NCBI RefSeq assembly: GCF_006345805.1
Contig: NC_043002.1
Span: 44,578,001 to 44,642,000, forward strand
Direction of reading: 5' to 3'
DNA from: Octopus sinensis
Lineage: Eukaryota
Length of the DNA: 64,000 nucleotides
Part shown: in pieces, positions 35,960 through 49,699 of the stretch
How the letters are laid out: the number at the start of each line of letters is the position of its first letter
Position numbering within the stretch: the stretch's first letter is position 1
Made by a program: the position numbers and the translations under genes
Notes under the pieces: generated by a model
Database searches by the model: none
Told to the model about the DNA's origin: nothing
What the model saw: only the letters and a program-made list of their open reading frames with translations

Positions 35960-36720
35960 TTGGCCCACTGTGTTGTTTTATTTCCTTTCTTTTTCAGAGA
36001 GATCTTTGTACATTCGTGAACAGTCAACAAAGTTGGAAAAGATAAAGTTTAACGCTGTGTTTGAGAAAACATTAGCTGACATGGAAAACTGAGAACTATT
36101 TGAATATTGGGAAAGAGTTACCTGTGCCATGATGATTCTCACCGGAATTAAAATACCGACATCATGACTTCTGAACAATTTAAAGTCTGTAAGACTTGCT
36201 ATGGACGATTGCAACGGAGACTACGAAACCTTGACCAGCAGAAAAGGACACAGAATGCGCCTCGACTGTGCCCACATGTCGGAATTGATTATTACATCTT
36301 TGAACTGGGCTTTAACTTCAATTCAGATAGCTATGTAAAGCTGCTGGAGACTGTCATCAAACTCTGTCCGGAGAGACATGCTGCTGAAAAGCTAGATGTG
36401 TAGCCGGAGGATTTGTCTCCTTGCCATAATTCTGGAAAGGTTCAGAAATGTTTGTCGCATAATTCTACGATTTTACCAACCCCAGCTTCTGTAATCCTAA
36501 TTACTCCGAGTGTAATCCCAAGGATAGCTATGTGCTGGACACGATCGAGAAAGACCCCTGTCTTCAATACCAAATCCGGAGGGTACCCATGATCAAGGAG
36601 AGGGTTGCAGATCATCCCAGGGACGCAATGTAGAGTGCATGTATCATGTTTCAGAGCTACAGTTGATGAGGCCTGCTACTTTCAGTGAACTGTTATCTTC
36701 CAACCATAATCAATTATTTT
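35960..36720 (+). mobile_element. Tc1/mariner superfamily (maT/DD37D-like) transposase remnant
   Basis: NSDSYVKLLETVIK...DLSPCHNSGKVQKCL...YDFTNPSFCNPNYSECNPKDSYV, a decayed QQDSAPCH / WPPNSPDCNPMDY motif set. Confidence 0.6.
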
Positions 36721-37378
36721 TTTTATAAATTACTTTTATTTTTGGCAGAATACTGTGTTTTGCTTTCCTTTTAAGTAGGCTGTCAAATATATCCTGAACA
36801 CCTGATATACATGATTATTTTTAAAGACATTTCAAAACACTTTATGCATTATTGTACTACATTTTCGCGAACCTCACTGCTCATTTCCCCAGCAAAAATG
36901 CAAGACTCTACTCCACATTTTTATTTATCTTTATCATGTATCTCATCTGGAAACTTTTATAGAATATAATTCTTTATCCTTCGACTTCATGTTTTAACTT
37001 TTAATTAAAACCAAGTATTCTTCTGCAGAGTCATTAAACATTCCTCAAATAAACATTGCAATATATATATAGGTTCATTTTGCAGAAAAACATATCACAT
37101 AATTTTAGTTTACAAATTTGCTTTCTCTGTAAACCACAACAGCTTTAATATCACAAAAACGTGTTCAATTTGTTCAATGTTTACAGCATGACATCATTCT
37201 TCTAACCTGATTTAACATTCAGTATGAACCAGAATGTATTTTACTAATAAAATAGCTTTTACCTACTACGACATATCACGCAACGACACTTTGCATTGAC
37301 AATTCTACTGGAACAATTAACACTGTTGTTTCGCATCCAACGTAAATATTTTCTCACTGCATGTATTGGAATTTCACC

Positions 37379-37611
37379 CACTAAGCTGCATTAAAATCTA
37401 TTATTTCCATTTAAAATACCCAGAATAATATCTTTCAACATAATTTTCGTTCCAGATACTGGCACTTATCAAAGGTACATTATGGATACATTATGGTACA
37501 CTAAACTGCATTAAAATCTATTATTTCCAGTTAAAATAAACCCAGAATAATATCTTTCAACATAATTTTCGTTCAACATACTGGCAATTATCAAAGGTAC
37601 ATTATGGATAC
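37379..37611. repeat. Tandem duplication with a period of ~120 bp
   Basis: 37379-37489 aligns with 37499-37611 with a few substitutions. Confidence 0.9.
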
Positions 37612-37871
37612 GGCGGCTCGGTGAATTTAAAATGCTACAGCAGTTTTACTCTCATATATAATTTCTATGTTCAAATAGCTTGTAGGGTTCGATTTTATAA
37701 GGCCTCATAGTAGTTGGTAAAATAATTTTACAATATTACAGTGTAGACATGGCCAATATGTTAATAACTTTGTTTGGAAATCCTGTAGTGCCGGATTGGA
37801 TATGTGTTGGTTTTACAAACGTTTTGTGAATGGAATCTGATAGATGGAAAATGTACTGAAAGCCATGGTAT

Positions 37872-40463
37872 GTTAGTTAGTTAGTTAGTTAGTTAGTTAA
37901 TTTGGCTCAAAAGCAAATAGCAAGGCCATGTAGGGGGACATGGAGTTAAGTACAGGGTGGTGTTCATGTAAAGAGTTCAGGCCACATGAGGTCAAGGGAG
38001 GCTTTGAACAAAGCGGTCGTCGGCATCTTCACCATCTCGTTTGGCAGCTTGTTCTACGGGTCCGCAACCCGGACGGAGAAAGCTCCTCTCCTTCGATTGA
38101 GATGAAATCGTCGCAGGTAGAGCTTTTCGGAATGACCCCGCAGCCGACGCTCTGGAGCAGGAGTGAAGAACAGCTCTTTCGAGAGGTTACCCTTTCCGCT
38201 TATGATGGTTTTGGCGAGAATGAGATCACCACGGCGGCGGCGTTTTTCAAGAGAATAAAGGTCGAGCGTCCTCAGCCTTTCTTCGTAGGACAAAGTTTTG
38301 AGACCATGAACCATGCGGGTAGCCAGCTTCTGGACTCTTTCGAGATGCTGTATGTCTTTGAGGAGATAAGGAGAAGAGGCTTGAATCCCATACTCCAGTA
38401 TGGGTCTCACCAGCGTGACATAGAGTGGTAGGAATATGGCTGCCGTGAGCATTCCGAATGACCGTCGAATCAAGAACAGAATTCCGCGTGCTTTGTTGGC
38501 AGCATGGACGCACTGGGCCGAAGGCGAAAAAGAGGAATCCACCAAGATACCTAGGTCCTTTACCTGATCGGTCCTCTCCAGCAGCAGACGACCCGGCTCG
38601 AAATGAAGTTGAGTTGCAGGAGTAGAGCCGACAGGCAGATGACAGCACTTTGACACGTTCAGACACAGGTCCCAATTGTTAGACCACTTCCAAATTTGGT
38701 GGAGGCATCGACGAAGATCCTCTATATTACCGCGAGGAGCGACCAGTTTGATATCGTCGGCAAATAGAAGGGTGTGTTGCGTGAGGTCGTCGGGCAAGTC
38801 ATTTATGAAGACTAAGAACAACAAGGGCCCAAGCACTGAACCTTGAGGCACGCCACTGCTCGCACTGGAGACGTCGGACCGCGAACCATTAACTTGGACT
38901 TGGAAGGAGCGATCTGAGAGGAAGGCACCAACCCATCGTACAATATCCGGATGGAAACTATATGCTTGAAGCTTGACAAGCAATAGGCGGTGGTTTACCG
39001 AGTCAAAAGCTTTGGCAAAGTCCAGTAAAACGATGTCAACAGCATCACTATCATCGAGGATGCGCGTCACCAATTCTTCCATTAGTAGTAGGTTGGTCAA
39101 ACATGATCTCTTCGGCACGAAGCCGTGTTGGGAATCAGAAATAGAGGCTGTGTTTAGGAGGTGGAGCATCATACTTTTCTTAAGGATGGTTTCGAACATC
39201 TTGCTGATAATTGATGTAAGGGAAACCGGTCGGTAGTTAAGCGGGTCTTCGCGGCTCCCTTTCTTGAAAATTGGGCAGATTATCGCTGTTCTCCAGTCTG
39301 CAGGTATAACACCCGTCGCCAATGACATATTGAATAGTCGTGTTAAGAGCTCGCAGATGACCGGAGCCAACGCTTTGATAACCCGTGGGTGTATGCCGTC
39401 AGGGCCGTGACCTTTGTTGACATCGAGGCCTTGAATAACACGTTTGACTTCGTCCCGCGTGATGACCAATCGAAGCGTTGGAGGTACCGATCTATCAAAT
39501 GGAGGGGGTTCACGACCATCATCTTGTTTAAAAATAGTTGAAAAAGCCTCGGCAAATAATTGACTCTGTTGATAAGGGTCCTCAATCGATACGCCTGTTG
39601 AGTCTACCAACGTTGCAATCTGGGTGTTCAAGCGGGAATTCCGCTGGACATGGGCAAAGAAGGTTTTTGGATTGCTACTGGCATTTGCCGCGATTTTGTA
39701 TTCGTAACTGAAGCGTTCTTTCTTTTCAATTTTCACGGCTCGGTCTCGTTGAGTTTTGTACACCTCAAAAGCTGCAGTCGAATCCAGATTTTTGAATTCA
39801 GCCCAAGCAATATCTCTGAGTCGACGTTCTCGTTTAACCCTCTTCGTCACCCAGAGCTTGTGTTTCTTCCTCTTGGGAAGCCCAACGGGAACTGCCTGGT
39901 CAGTCAAACAGATTACATATGCTTTGAGGGATGACCATAGTTCGTCAACTGAGGACAACGTCATCAGGGATCGCCAGTCCAGAAGCGCGGAAGCCTCGGT
40001 TAGAATTTCAAGATTAATTGCAGAGAAGACTCTACGTGGCAGCGAAGTAGTCGTGTGCGTAGAAAAAGTTGTGTGCATGACGAACTTCAGGACCGCATGA
40101 TCACTCTTGGCAAGAGGGGCGCACACAGATACGTCTGACACTGATCTTGGATAGCGGGAGAATACCAGATCTAGCATAGATGGCTGCTGCCCAGACCAAT
40201 GCCTTGTCGGATATTCAACATGTTGCGATAGAAAACAATCTTCAGCCACGTCAAGAAGGGCCTGGCCGAACCGGGAAGATGTTGTACAAATTGATGCGGG
40301 CCAATTGATCGTGGGAGCGTTGAAGTCTCCTAGTACCAAACAGTCATGCGAAGCTGAAACGAATCTTATCGCTTCGAGTAGATGAGCATCGTCCTGGGGG
40401 TCGGCAAGAGGCGGCCTGTAGACAGCCAACACGGGCAGGCAAACCTCAGATAGGCTCAGCTTG
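37872..40463 (-). mobile_element. Young 5'-truncated CR1-type LINE with a (TAAC)n tail
   Basis: Uninterrupted APE-RT reading frame; 3' UTR hairpin CCATGT-CCCCCT-ACATGG; tail (GTTA)n on + at 37872-37899; no TSD recognised. Confidence 0.9.
38054..40463 (-). CDS. LINE ORF2, partial (C-terminal half of APE endonuclease plus reverse transcriptase)
   Basis: YRPP, LGDFNAP, LDLVF, SDHAVL (APE); GPDGIHP, NYRPVSLTS, SQHGFVPKRSC, DFAKAFDSV, GVPQGSVLGP, LFADD (RT). TAG at 38054-38056 stands where W is expected; the frame continues NKLPNE...ELFT to TGA at 37964-37966. The ORF-track start codon at 40498 lies in flanking microsatellite. Confidence 0.9.
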
Positions 40464-40470
40464 TACATAT

Positions 40471-40502
40471 GTGTGCGTGTGTGAACATATGCATGCATAT
40501 AT

Positions 40503-40555
<53 letters not shown>

Positions 40556-40610
40556 GAGAGAGAGGGAGAGTGAGAGATAGAGAGAGTGACAGAGATACAG
40601 AGAGAGAAGC
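40471..40610. repeat. (TG)/(TA)n/(GA)n compound microsatellite
   Basis: Read directly. Confidence 0.9.
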
Positions 40611-40792
40611 CAGTGTTTTGTATGTCCTTAATTCAAAGTTGAATTTGTCAATCAACTTATAGAGATCGGTAGGGTGCAGGTATAGCCGTGTTGTTAAGAC
40701 GTTTCGTTCAGCAAACATTTGATTGCCTGTTAGATTCTACTGCGTAGTGCCTTGAATAAACATATTCAACTATAGTTTCATCTTCACTAAAT

Positions 40793-40972
40793 ATGGACAT
40801 TAGACGAGGAGCATTTCCAGGTTCATTCTGATTGAGAAACAGTATAAAGACTATAAAAATGATATCGAAAACCCTCTTCCAAAGAAATAAGATGTACTGG
40901 AACCCAATGAAGTTGATAGGCTATGCTATTTTGTTCAGAAGACCTTAGTTGATGAACCCTTCCTAGTTCATG
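40793..40972 (+). pseudogene. Possible first coding exon of a PPP-family (PP1/PP6-like) Ser/Thr phosphatase, disabled
   Basis: ...ISRFILIEKQYKDYKNDIENPLPKK*DVLEPNEVDRLCYFVQKTLVDEPFLVH followed by donor G|GTGAGT; resembles the PPP N-terminal helix (L.EN.I..LC...E..L.EP.L); in-frame TAA at 40888 and ATG out of frame; no GDIHG exon found. Confidence 0.3.
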
Positions 40973-41379
40973 GTGAGTAGCAACTTCTTCAAGCTGGTTT
41001 AGATTCTTTTCTACGACTCGACTCTCAGGCTGCAGTTGAGGATTATCAGTTACACGCTTACATTTTTAAAATTAAGCACATAGAGCGTAAATTACTTCAA
41101 ATACAAGATAGGTTTATGGTGTTAATGCCATTGTGTGATGGGTTAGAGATACGAGTTATTTTGTTTAAATATTAAGCAAATGATCGCAGAGTTCAAAAAT
41201 ACTACTGTTCAGGCAAGACTCATATTTATTCACTCCGCCACTCAGATTTTATTTACCTCATCCTTTTGCAATTTTTCCTTATAGAAAAATTCTAAGATGT
41301 CTTTCCTTCCCCTTTTGTAATGAGTCCGTCAGGATACATATGATTGCATCTATGGTTTTCTTAGTTTCTCTGAAACCAA

Positions 41380-41760
41380 TGAATCTGTATTCTTCTCTGA
41401 GACCTTATTCTTCAGGAAAGCATTAAATTGCTCCTGTAGTAAAAACATGATTAGGAAGGGAATCTCAGAGCACTGTCACTCTGGAAGGTAAAATGGCGTA
41501 GTGGTTAGTGTGAAGCCAAGACTGAGGTATGGACACGATATTGTTGACTGGAGGAGGAAAGTCGTGTGACTGCGAAAGCTCGATTGTAGATGACATGAGC
41601 TCAGCCAGATCCAAGAAGCAAAGGTCTCTATAATAACGGTGGAAAAGCTAGAGTGAGTAGACTGCATCTCGAAGCCTGAATTTGAAGTTTGTTGGCAAGT
41701 ATCTATATATCAATCAGCCAGGTAAATGTATTTTGCTTGTTGTCTTGGATATCTAAATGT
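41380..41760 (-). mobile_element. 3' fragment of an old APE-type LINE
   Basis: HTNHYAILPSRVTVL*DSLPNHVF, similar to the ..YSNSFFPRT..LWNSLP C-terminal motif. Confidence 0.4.
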
Positions 41761-43999
41761 GTTGTAACAGCATCATTCTAAATGTCAGAGCAGTATTCTA
41801 CAGCGTGTCATTCTATCTTTGTACAGGATTGGTAAGTGATGACAACTGAAGAATTTTCTGGTCTTGAAGGAAAATTGCAGTGTTTTTTAGGGAGCAATTA
41901 GCGTGCCATTTAAAATTAAATCACAGTTGAGACAAACTAATGAAATTTTCCTGGTATAATAAAATTTGAAAGAAATTCTTTGAGTATGTACACAGTTTTA
42001 AACCGATAATCAGACTTAAAATCTCACAGCACAATATCAAATGGCCCACTAAGTTGTTAAACAATGGTTGTGCTGTATTCAAACGATTTTTTAACAATGA
42101 ATTAATTGGTCATATAAATATTGACGTAACGACTGCCAATGAATGCACATTTTGAACATTTTAAGAAAAATCTCCCTCTAAAAGAAGAAATAAACCTCTT
42201 AACAATAATAATGATAATAAACATTGTGTGCAGTGCTCAGGTGCACTACAATTCTTGATTGGGAATACTCACTCAAAGAACAAATCTTTTGCAAGCTCCA
42301 ACTCTCCTACCGCTATCAAGTCAAATTCTAAAATAATTGTATAAACTGCATACCATCATGACTTAAAATTACTCAAAACACCAGGCACTCTTCTTTCATT
42401 TGCAATGCCTCAGCTTGTACAAAGCAAATTAGCCTAAACAAAACACATTAATTTAGATATTAATCGCCAATAAATGACCAACACAGCTCTGTGTTAAATT
42501 ATTCCATTGTTATGTGGCTTGGCAATTGATACAGAAGTAAACAAATACGCTGAGCAAAGACCAGAGAGGGAGAAAATATATCGTGACACATTCTACTTAA
42601 TGTCAATTCACAAAAGAAAAGTTTAAAACAGACTGTCAAGTTTAGATTGCTTTATTTATTGCAACATTATAAATCTATATATGTTATACTATAAATTATT
42701 CTTTTATACATTAGTTGAAATCAACTATTCGTATAAAAAGAAATAGGCATCCGATATGAGTAAAATAACTTACGTCTTCAAGTTTTTTATAAGTAGATAT
42801 TACTCCTCGAAAAGATTAGTTGCTAAAAAGTCTGACGTTACGAGGAACGCAATTTATAGAGGAACCTCACCAAAACTTAAAATCAATATTTTTTTCAGGT
42901 AACAATATATTTACTGATTGTACAAGTGCTGTTATTGACATCAGATATTCCAACTACCCTTAGACTACCTGAGGCTTGTCTTTACACTTACTAGCTTTTA
43001 TACATTACCTGAAATCTATTTCTGTAATTACTGTTTATCAATGTTGCAATGTAATTAAACAAGGAGTTTTGTAGGTCAATTACTGGTAAATTGTTATTGA
43101 AACGAACTTGCGTCATAATTAATTTTCAATCACGCGAAATTATTAACCGTAATGCGAAGAAAGTCATTAATCGTAATCAGATTTGCTTCCAAAAGAAGCA
43201 AAATGGCCTAAATTATCGTTTGACAATATTAAATCACGATATGCATAGAACAGTCAAATTGTTTTTGACAGCTGTTGGTGACAAGTATAGATATGTTTAT
43301 CTTATCAAATTTTTTCAATTGAAATATAATCCACTTACAACAGTTAAGATCTGAGAATAACTATTTGATAAAGTACTTTGTGCGAAAATAATTCACTGAC
43401 AATGCAACTTAAAAATATAACATAGTAGTATTTCTTAAAGATATATTCTGCGTGGAGAATATATGAATTAACAGATGGCTATTATACTTAATTTACTCAA
43501 CAGAAAAAAAATTCTATTCATTTGAGACTATAATAATTAACGTTAATGAGAACTAATATCATTATTATTCCCCAAATTACTATTATCTCATTTTGCCAAA
43601 TTGATGAATGAATTTCACGAACGTGGTTTATTATCTCTGAAATAGGCATGCAGTTGTCACCATACTGGGTAAAGATCAATCTATTCTTGCACATCTGCAT
43701 TAATTTTCAGTCAATTAAAATTTCGATTTTTTGTTCCTCTCAGAAATAATACTCATTGACGCTAATGATTCTTCCTCCCGTTACACTTATAATTTAAATG
43801 AGTTAAAAATTATCTCTGACTAACACCTTACGTATGTTAACCTACACTGTCTAGTTTAACCGCTTCAAGTTTCGTAGGAAACGAGGGAACAAAGACTAGG
43901 CTTATCCAAATGTGAATAACTTGCTCGGTATAACTTTTAAGGTTTGAAGCATTGCAGAAGAGACAAGAATTTTTCGCGCTTTGAGTAAACTATTCTATC

Positions 44000-44291
44000 T
44001 TTTATTTGTTTCAGTCATGCACCACCTTGAAGATTTTTTTTTTGTCAAATGTATAGACCCCAGTATTTGTTATTTTTTAATCCCGGTGTTTCGCTAAGTT
44101 ACGGGGACGTAAATATAGCAGCAGCGGTTGTCAAACGATGGTGGGAAGACAAACACAGACACAAAGACACGCACATACACAGATGTATGTATAGTAGAAG
44201 ACACCTTTTCAAGGTGTCAAGCAGTGGAACCGAACCCGGAACCATGTGGTTGGGAAGCAAGCTTCTTACTACAGAGCCACGTCTGCACCTA
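44000..44291 (-). mobile_element. tRNA-derived SINE (TAGGCGCAGGAGTGGCTG family), decayed
   Basis: Head GTAAGAAGCTTGCTTCCCAACCACATGGTTCCGGGTTCGGTTCC; related to 48327-48734. Confidence 0.75.
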
Positions 44292-46181
44292 CTTAAAAAT
44301 TGTTTAAAGTTATTATGGCGTAGTGTCTTGAATTCACAACTATTTTTAGTAGTACTAATACATACGCTTATTGTAGTGTTAGATTCGATAGAAAGATAAT
44401 AAAGGATAGTAGTGGGCATAAGTTTCGACTTATGAATGCATATTTCCAACCAAATAACTTTCTATCAAGCGGTTTTTTTTTTTCATAACATAGTCAGAAT
44501 ATACACAATTAGACAGATGGCCTAGGAATTTAGCCACCCAATATTAGTATTTTTATTATCGGTTATTTGAAAAACTATTAATTTCCTAAGACAATTGGAT
44601 ATCCTACCGTCTTTCTATTACGTATAAACAATTTTGAAATGCTCATCGTTTTTTTTTTACCAAGTGTAGTTATATCTACTTGATGTAAATTTACATTTTT
44701 TTCCTGATATTGAAAAGAATTTTTCTCTCTTCTCCAATACTTCAACTATTAGATCCCATACAAAGCAAGTTTGTTTAAACAAAACAAATTAGTTTAAATA
44801 ACAATCTCTGTATGTATACAAACAGAATGTTTTGTAAAATGCTTCCATCGCTACGTTGCTAAACAATTGTTACACAAGTAGATAAATCAAGCAAACATGG
44901 AAAAGATATAATGCAATATATAACTGCTATTTGTTTCAGTTTACAAAAGACATGGTTATAAATAGATTGCTGTGTTGAAATGCTTTTATATAATGTTATA
45001 TTTTTATATAAAGTATTGTATTATACTTCTTTTTAATTATCGTCTACTGCAATGAAAAGAAATGGACAGTTAATAATAGAAAAAGTAAATAGGTTTTTTT
45101 TTCTGAGTTGATAGAAACATCTGAGATATTGCTTTTGCAATTGGCGAAAATATTAATTTAATGAAATTATTGGTTATTTTCTAAATTGTCTTCCTCACCA
45201 CCTTAAATTCTTTAGTGCATCATCTTTTCACACGAATGTTAGCTATTTACTAAAACTTGATGTGCATCGTGGGAAGGTGAACAGTTTTGTATAATAACTA
45301 CTGTCTCAACAGTTTTTTTTTTATTTTATTTCATACGATATATTAAAGCCGTTGGCTGACGAGGTCAATATCCGTGTGCGCAAAATATTTTAAATGTGGT
45401 ACATTGTATGCTCGAATATGTACTTGAGAAAAATAACAAGTCAAACCAATGACATTTCAATAATTTCTACCTTCCGGTTAGATATTTTAAACTCTCTGAG
45501 GTACGCAATAAATCATCTCTATAACATACCAGTAGTTCTTGTATACATTTTATAATCTACACATTCATTTTACTTATCCTGTTTTGCATCGCTTATTCTG
45601 GAACAGGCGAAACGAAGCGAGATTCATTGGCATTCTCTCCAAAATCGAATTATGCTTTTGAGCAAAGTTAACGCAATTAGCGACAATGGAAAATCTCCAA
45701 AATGTAATGTTTGCGTGTTGTTAAGTGCGAGATACTTAAGTGAACCAATGCACAATAATGAATGTATTATTCATCAATTACAGATATATGTATTATAAAT
45801 TCAATCAATAATTCATTAAGCAAGTAAAACTTATATCAGATAGAGCTTTGTATTCGTTAGTGACATTACGCTATATATTTAAGTATAAGGCAACCTAAAT
45901 ATGAATTCTATCAAAATAAGTCACAAGTATTAGAGCAATAGTTCATCTCAATGCTGTGATTTTTAAAAAGTTGTAATATTTTCGTGCATGTGTGTGTATT
46001 ACTGATTTCAAATTTTGGCGCAAGGCCAACAATGTATGTATAATATTAAAGGATAAAATTAAACGTAGATATGAGGCAAGTCTACTGTTTCAGAAAATCG
46101 ACGGAGCTGGAAAAGTACAAGAAATAGTGAGACAGATTTATGGTCTTACATTTATAAAGATTAACTATTAAATAATTATGA

Positions 46182-46221
<40 letters not shown>

Positions 46222-47470
46222 GAGATATAAAATTAGTTGTGAATATGGTCATTTAATGATGCTCCAAGAGTCTAAAAGTGTGCAGCAGAAGAATATGAGT
46301 AAATAGCGGGAAGAAATATTTAAGCTAGAATTGAAATTGAATAAGTAGAAAAGAAGAATCAATATAATTAACTACTGATGCGCGTTCTGCTTAGTATCAA
46401 AATCGAAATAAAATAGAAACTGAATTGATAATTTTATGTTAATTTCAAGCACAAATTAAACGTTCAAGTAGAACATTTATTTAGTTGTATCTTGAGAGGG
46501 TCCTAACGCCAATAACAATAACCCACGCATTGATCCAAATGATTTCTTTGCTGTTACACAATTGGTTAAATATTTAAGCAGTTGATCGTTTGTTTAATGT
46601 TCTGGTTAAACAATCAGTCGGATGTTGGTTAGTCAAAGTCCTTTCATCACTATTCACAAACTTCACAGTGACTTGTCCTTTGACTCCAAGGTCTATTCTA
46701 AGTCTGTCGGAGAATTATGCTTCTGTGTGTATGTGTTGTGTATGTATGTATGTATATATGTAAGTAAGTATGTATGTATTTATGTAGATGTATGTTTCAA
46801 GAGAATGTATGTTTCAACACAGAAACATCAATAATTTTGTAAACTAAATACAAAACCGAAGTCAGACATTTAATTTTCTTTCATTTATTATAAACAAGAG
46901 AAAAGAAGAGAATAATTTAGTAACAACAATTAAACCCCAATGTCTACCAGAGCCAGAAATAGAGAATTATAGCCAAACTACTCAATGGCCAAGGGCAACG
47001 ATCCAAGAAACGAAATATTAAGGGATGAAAATAGGTAATTACATTGGCAAATTAACAGAAACAATTCAGCACGTTCTCCAAAAGCTTTTGCAATGCAAAA
47101 GGCATTTCGTGATAGAATCATAATTAAAATCGAAACATGTTAATGCTTTGCAAGGATAATTTCTTTTTATTTTCACGTGAAAAAATTTATACGTCACTTT
47201 TCATGTACGATTATGCCTGAGTAGCATACCATTAACATGAATAAAAAAAATTGGCAACACATAAATTGGTTCTTAGTTGAATAGTGGAATCATGTCAAGG
47301 CGTAGGGTACTGTATGCTGTCGTATATATTACGTTACTAAAGGGACATGGTTTTTTTTTTTCAGTTATATTTTGAATTGTAATCACTTTTCATTTGAATA
47401 TGTGTTCATAAAATCTATCGATTTACTTTAATATTTTCTTTCTCACAGTGATTCTTATGAATAAACGTAC

Positions 47471-47557
47471 TTCTAATAAACTCCGCAGCGACTGCAGATT
47501 TTCCTTTACACATCGCTGCGCACTCTTCAATAAAACCTTCAGAATATTGTCAGAACA
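47471..47557 (-). other. Candidate 87 nt exon (open in phase 0: CSDNILKVLLKSAQRCVKENLQSLRSLLE)
   Basis: Acceptor GTTTTATTTGTAG| and donor GAA|GTACGT; length divisible by 3; no TE motif recognised. Confidence 0.3.
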
Positions 47558-47899
47558 CTACAAATAAAACTACGCCTTCTACAACTACTGAGTATCGTTA
47601 TTTAATAATTTAACACTCCCAAACTATAACAATATCGGCCTCAATGCATGGTTTCACAAAATTTCAGTAAAATAAGTTCAAAGACAAATGATACTTACAT
47701 TTTATGTTATACTAGCAGAGATACTCGGCGTTGCTCGGGATTAAAATGGCATAGTTTTTATTGTTTTACTTTCTACGGTTATGTGACTGCGGCAATGCTA
47801 GAGCACCACCTTAAGTCAAAGAAATTGACAACAGGGTATATTCTTTGTAAGCAAAGTAATTATTCTGTCGCTGTGTTTTGCAAACGGGTAAGTTATACA

Positions 47900-48281
47900 T
47901 ATATATGTATACACACACACATATATATATATATATGGATATATATATATGCATATATACACGTATATATACACAAGTATATATGCCTATACATGTATAT
48001 ATATATACACACATATATATATGCAGGAATATAAACATACATGTATATAAATATAAAAATGAATATAAATATACATGTATATATTTACATGTATATATAT
48101 AATTACACACATATATATATATACGTATATATATATACATGTTTATACATGTCTATATATACACATATATACATATATATATGTATATATATACACATAT
48201 ATATATGTACATATGTATGTATAATTATATACATGTATATATATATATATATACACATCTATATGCATATATACATGTATA

Positions 48282-48326
<45 letters not shown>
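47900..48326. repeat. Degenerate (TA)/(CA)-rich microsatellite block
   Basis: Read directly; a similar block lies at 48735-48918. Confidence 0.9.
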
Positions 48327-48830
<504 letters not shown>

Positions 48831-49699
48831 ATATATATATATATATAATATATATATACATACATATATATATATATACATGTATATATATATATACATG
48901 TATATATATATACACACATGAGATTTGCATTGTTGAAATTTTGTAGTACATTTATTGCAAGAACACAGACTTAGATTTTATATATCTTCCATGAAAATTG
49001 GATGTGTTTGCATTTCCAAAGAGGTTCTGCCCCGTGTTAAAAACCCAATTAGGGGGTGTTAAATAATATAGTAAGACTGTGAAATTTTGGAAATCGTCTG
49101 TATATTATACCTAATAGTTATGTTGTTATATCCATTGAAATCGGAGCTATTTGAAAGTTCACAGGGGTTTTTTGCCCCCCTTTAAAGAGCCCTAATCGCA
49201 ATGGAACTTAAATTGTACGTAGCTCATCGTCTTTCCCGTAAAATTGTACATGAGAGTACATAGTTTGTTTTTTATGTATCTTCTATCCCTTTCGTCCTAT
49301 AGATGCACAGACACAGACACACATACCTTGAGCTTTATCATATACATATTTAGGTTATATATTTATTCTGAATTGATAATATACTTTCATTTTGTTTCAT
49401 AAATCTTTTGTTACAAATACATCCGTTTTTTTTTGTTTTGTTATTTTTTTTGCGTTTCTTCAATTTTTTTTATCTCTCATACATTCTCTCATCACTCAAA
49501 AGAAGTTATCATTCCAACATACTGTTTTCTATCACTCTGAATGTAATTTATTTTTAATGTGTGCTACTTTTTCTCTCTCATTTCTCTCCGCTTATTAATG
49601 CACCTATATCTGTATCACAACATGTGCATGCTAATTTTGCTTTAATTAGTAACAAGATATCAGCTGCTATAATTCACCATTTTTATGCACTGAAGTGCA

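Noticed and set aside
37940-40100. Plus-strand and alternative-frame ORFs over the CR1 element
   Set aside because: Shadow ORFs of a GC-rich coding sequence; no motifs.
41827-41831. 5 nt micro-exon candidate (TTTGTACAG|GATTG|GTAAGT) downstream of the PPP-like exon
   Set aside because: Splice signals alone arise by chance in AT-rich DNA, it does not yield the expected GDIHG context, and it borders a LINE remnant.
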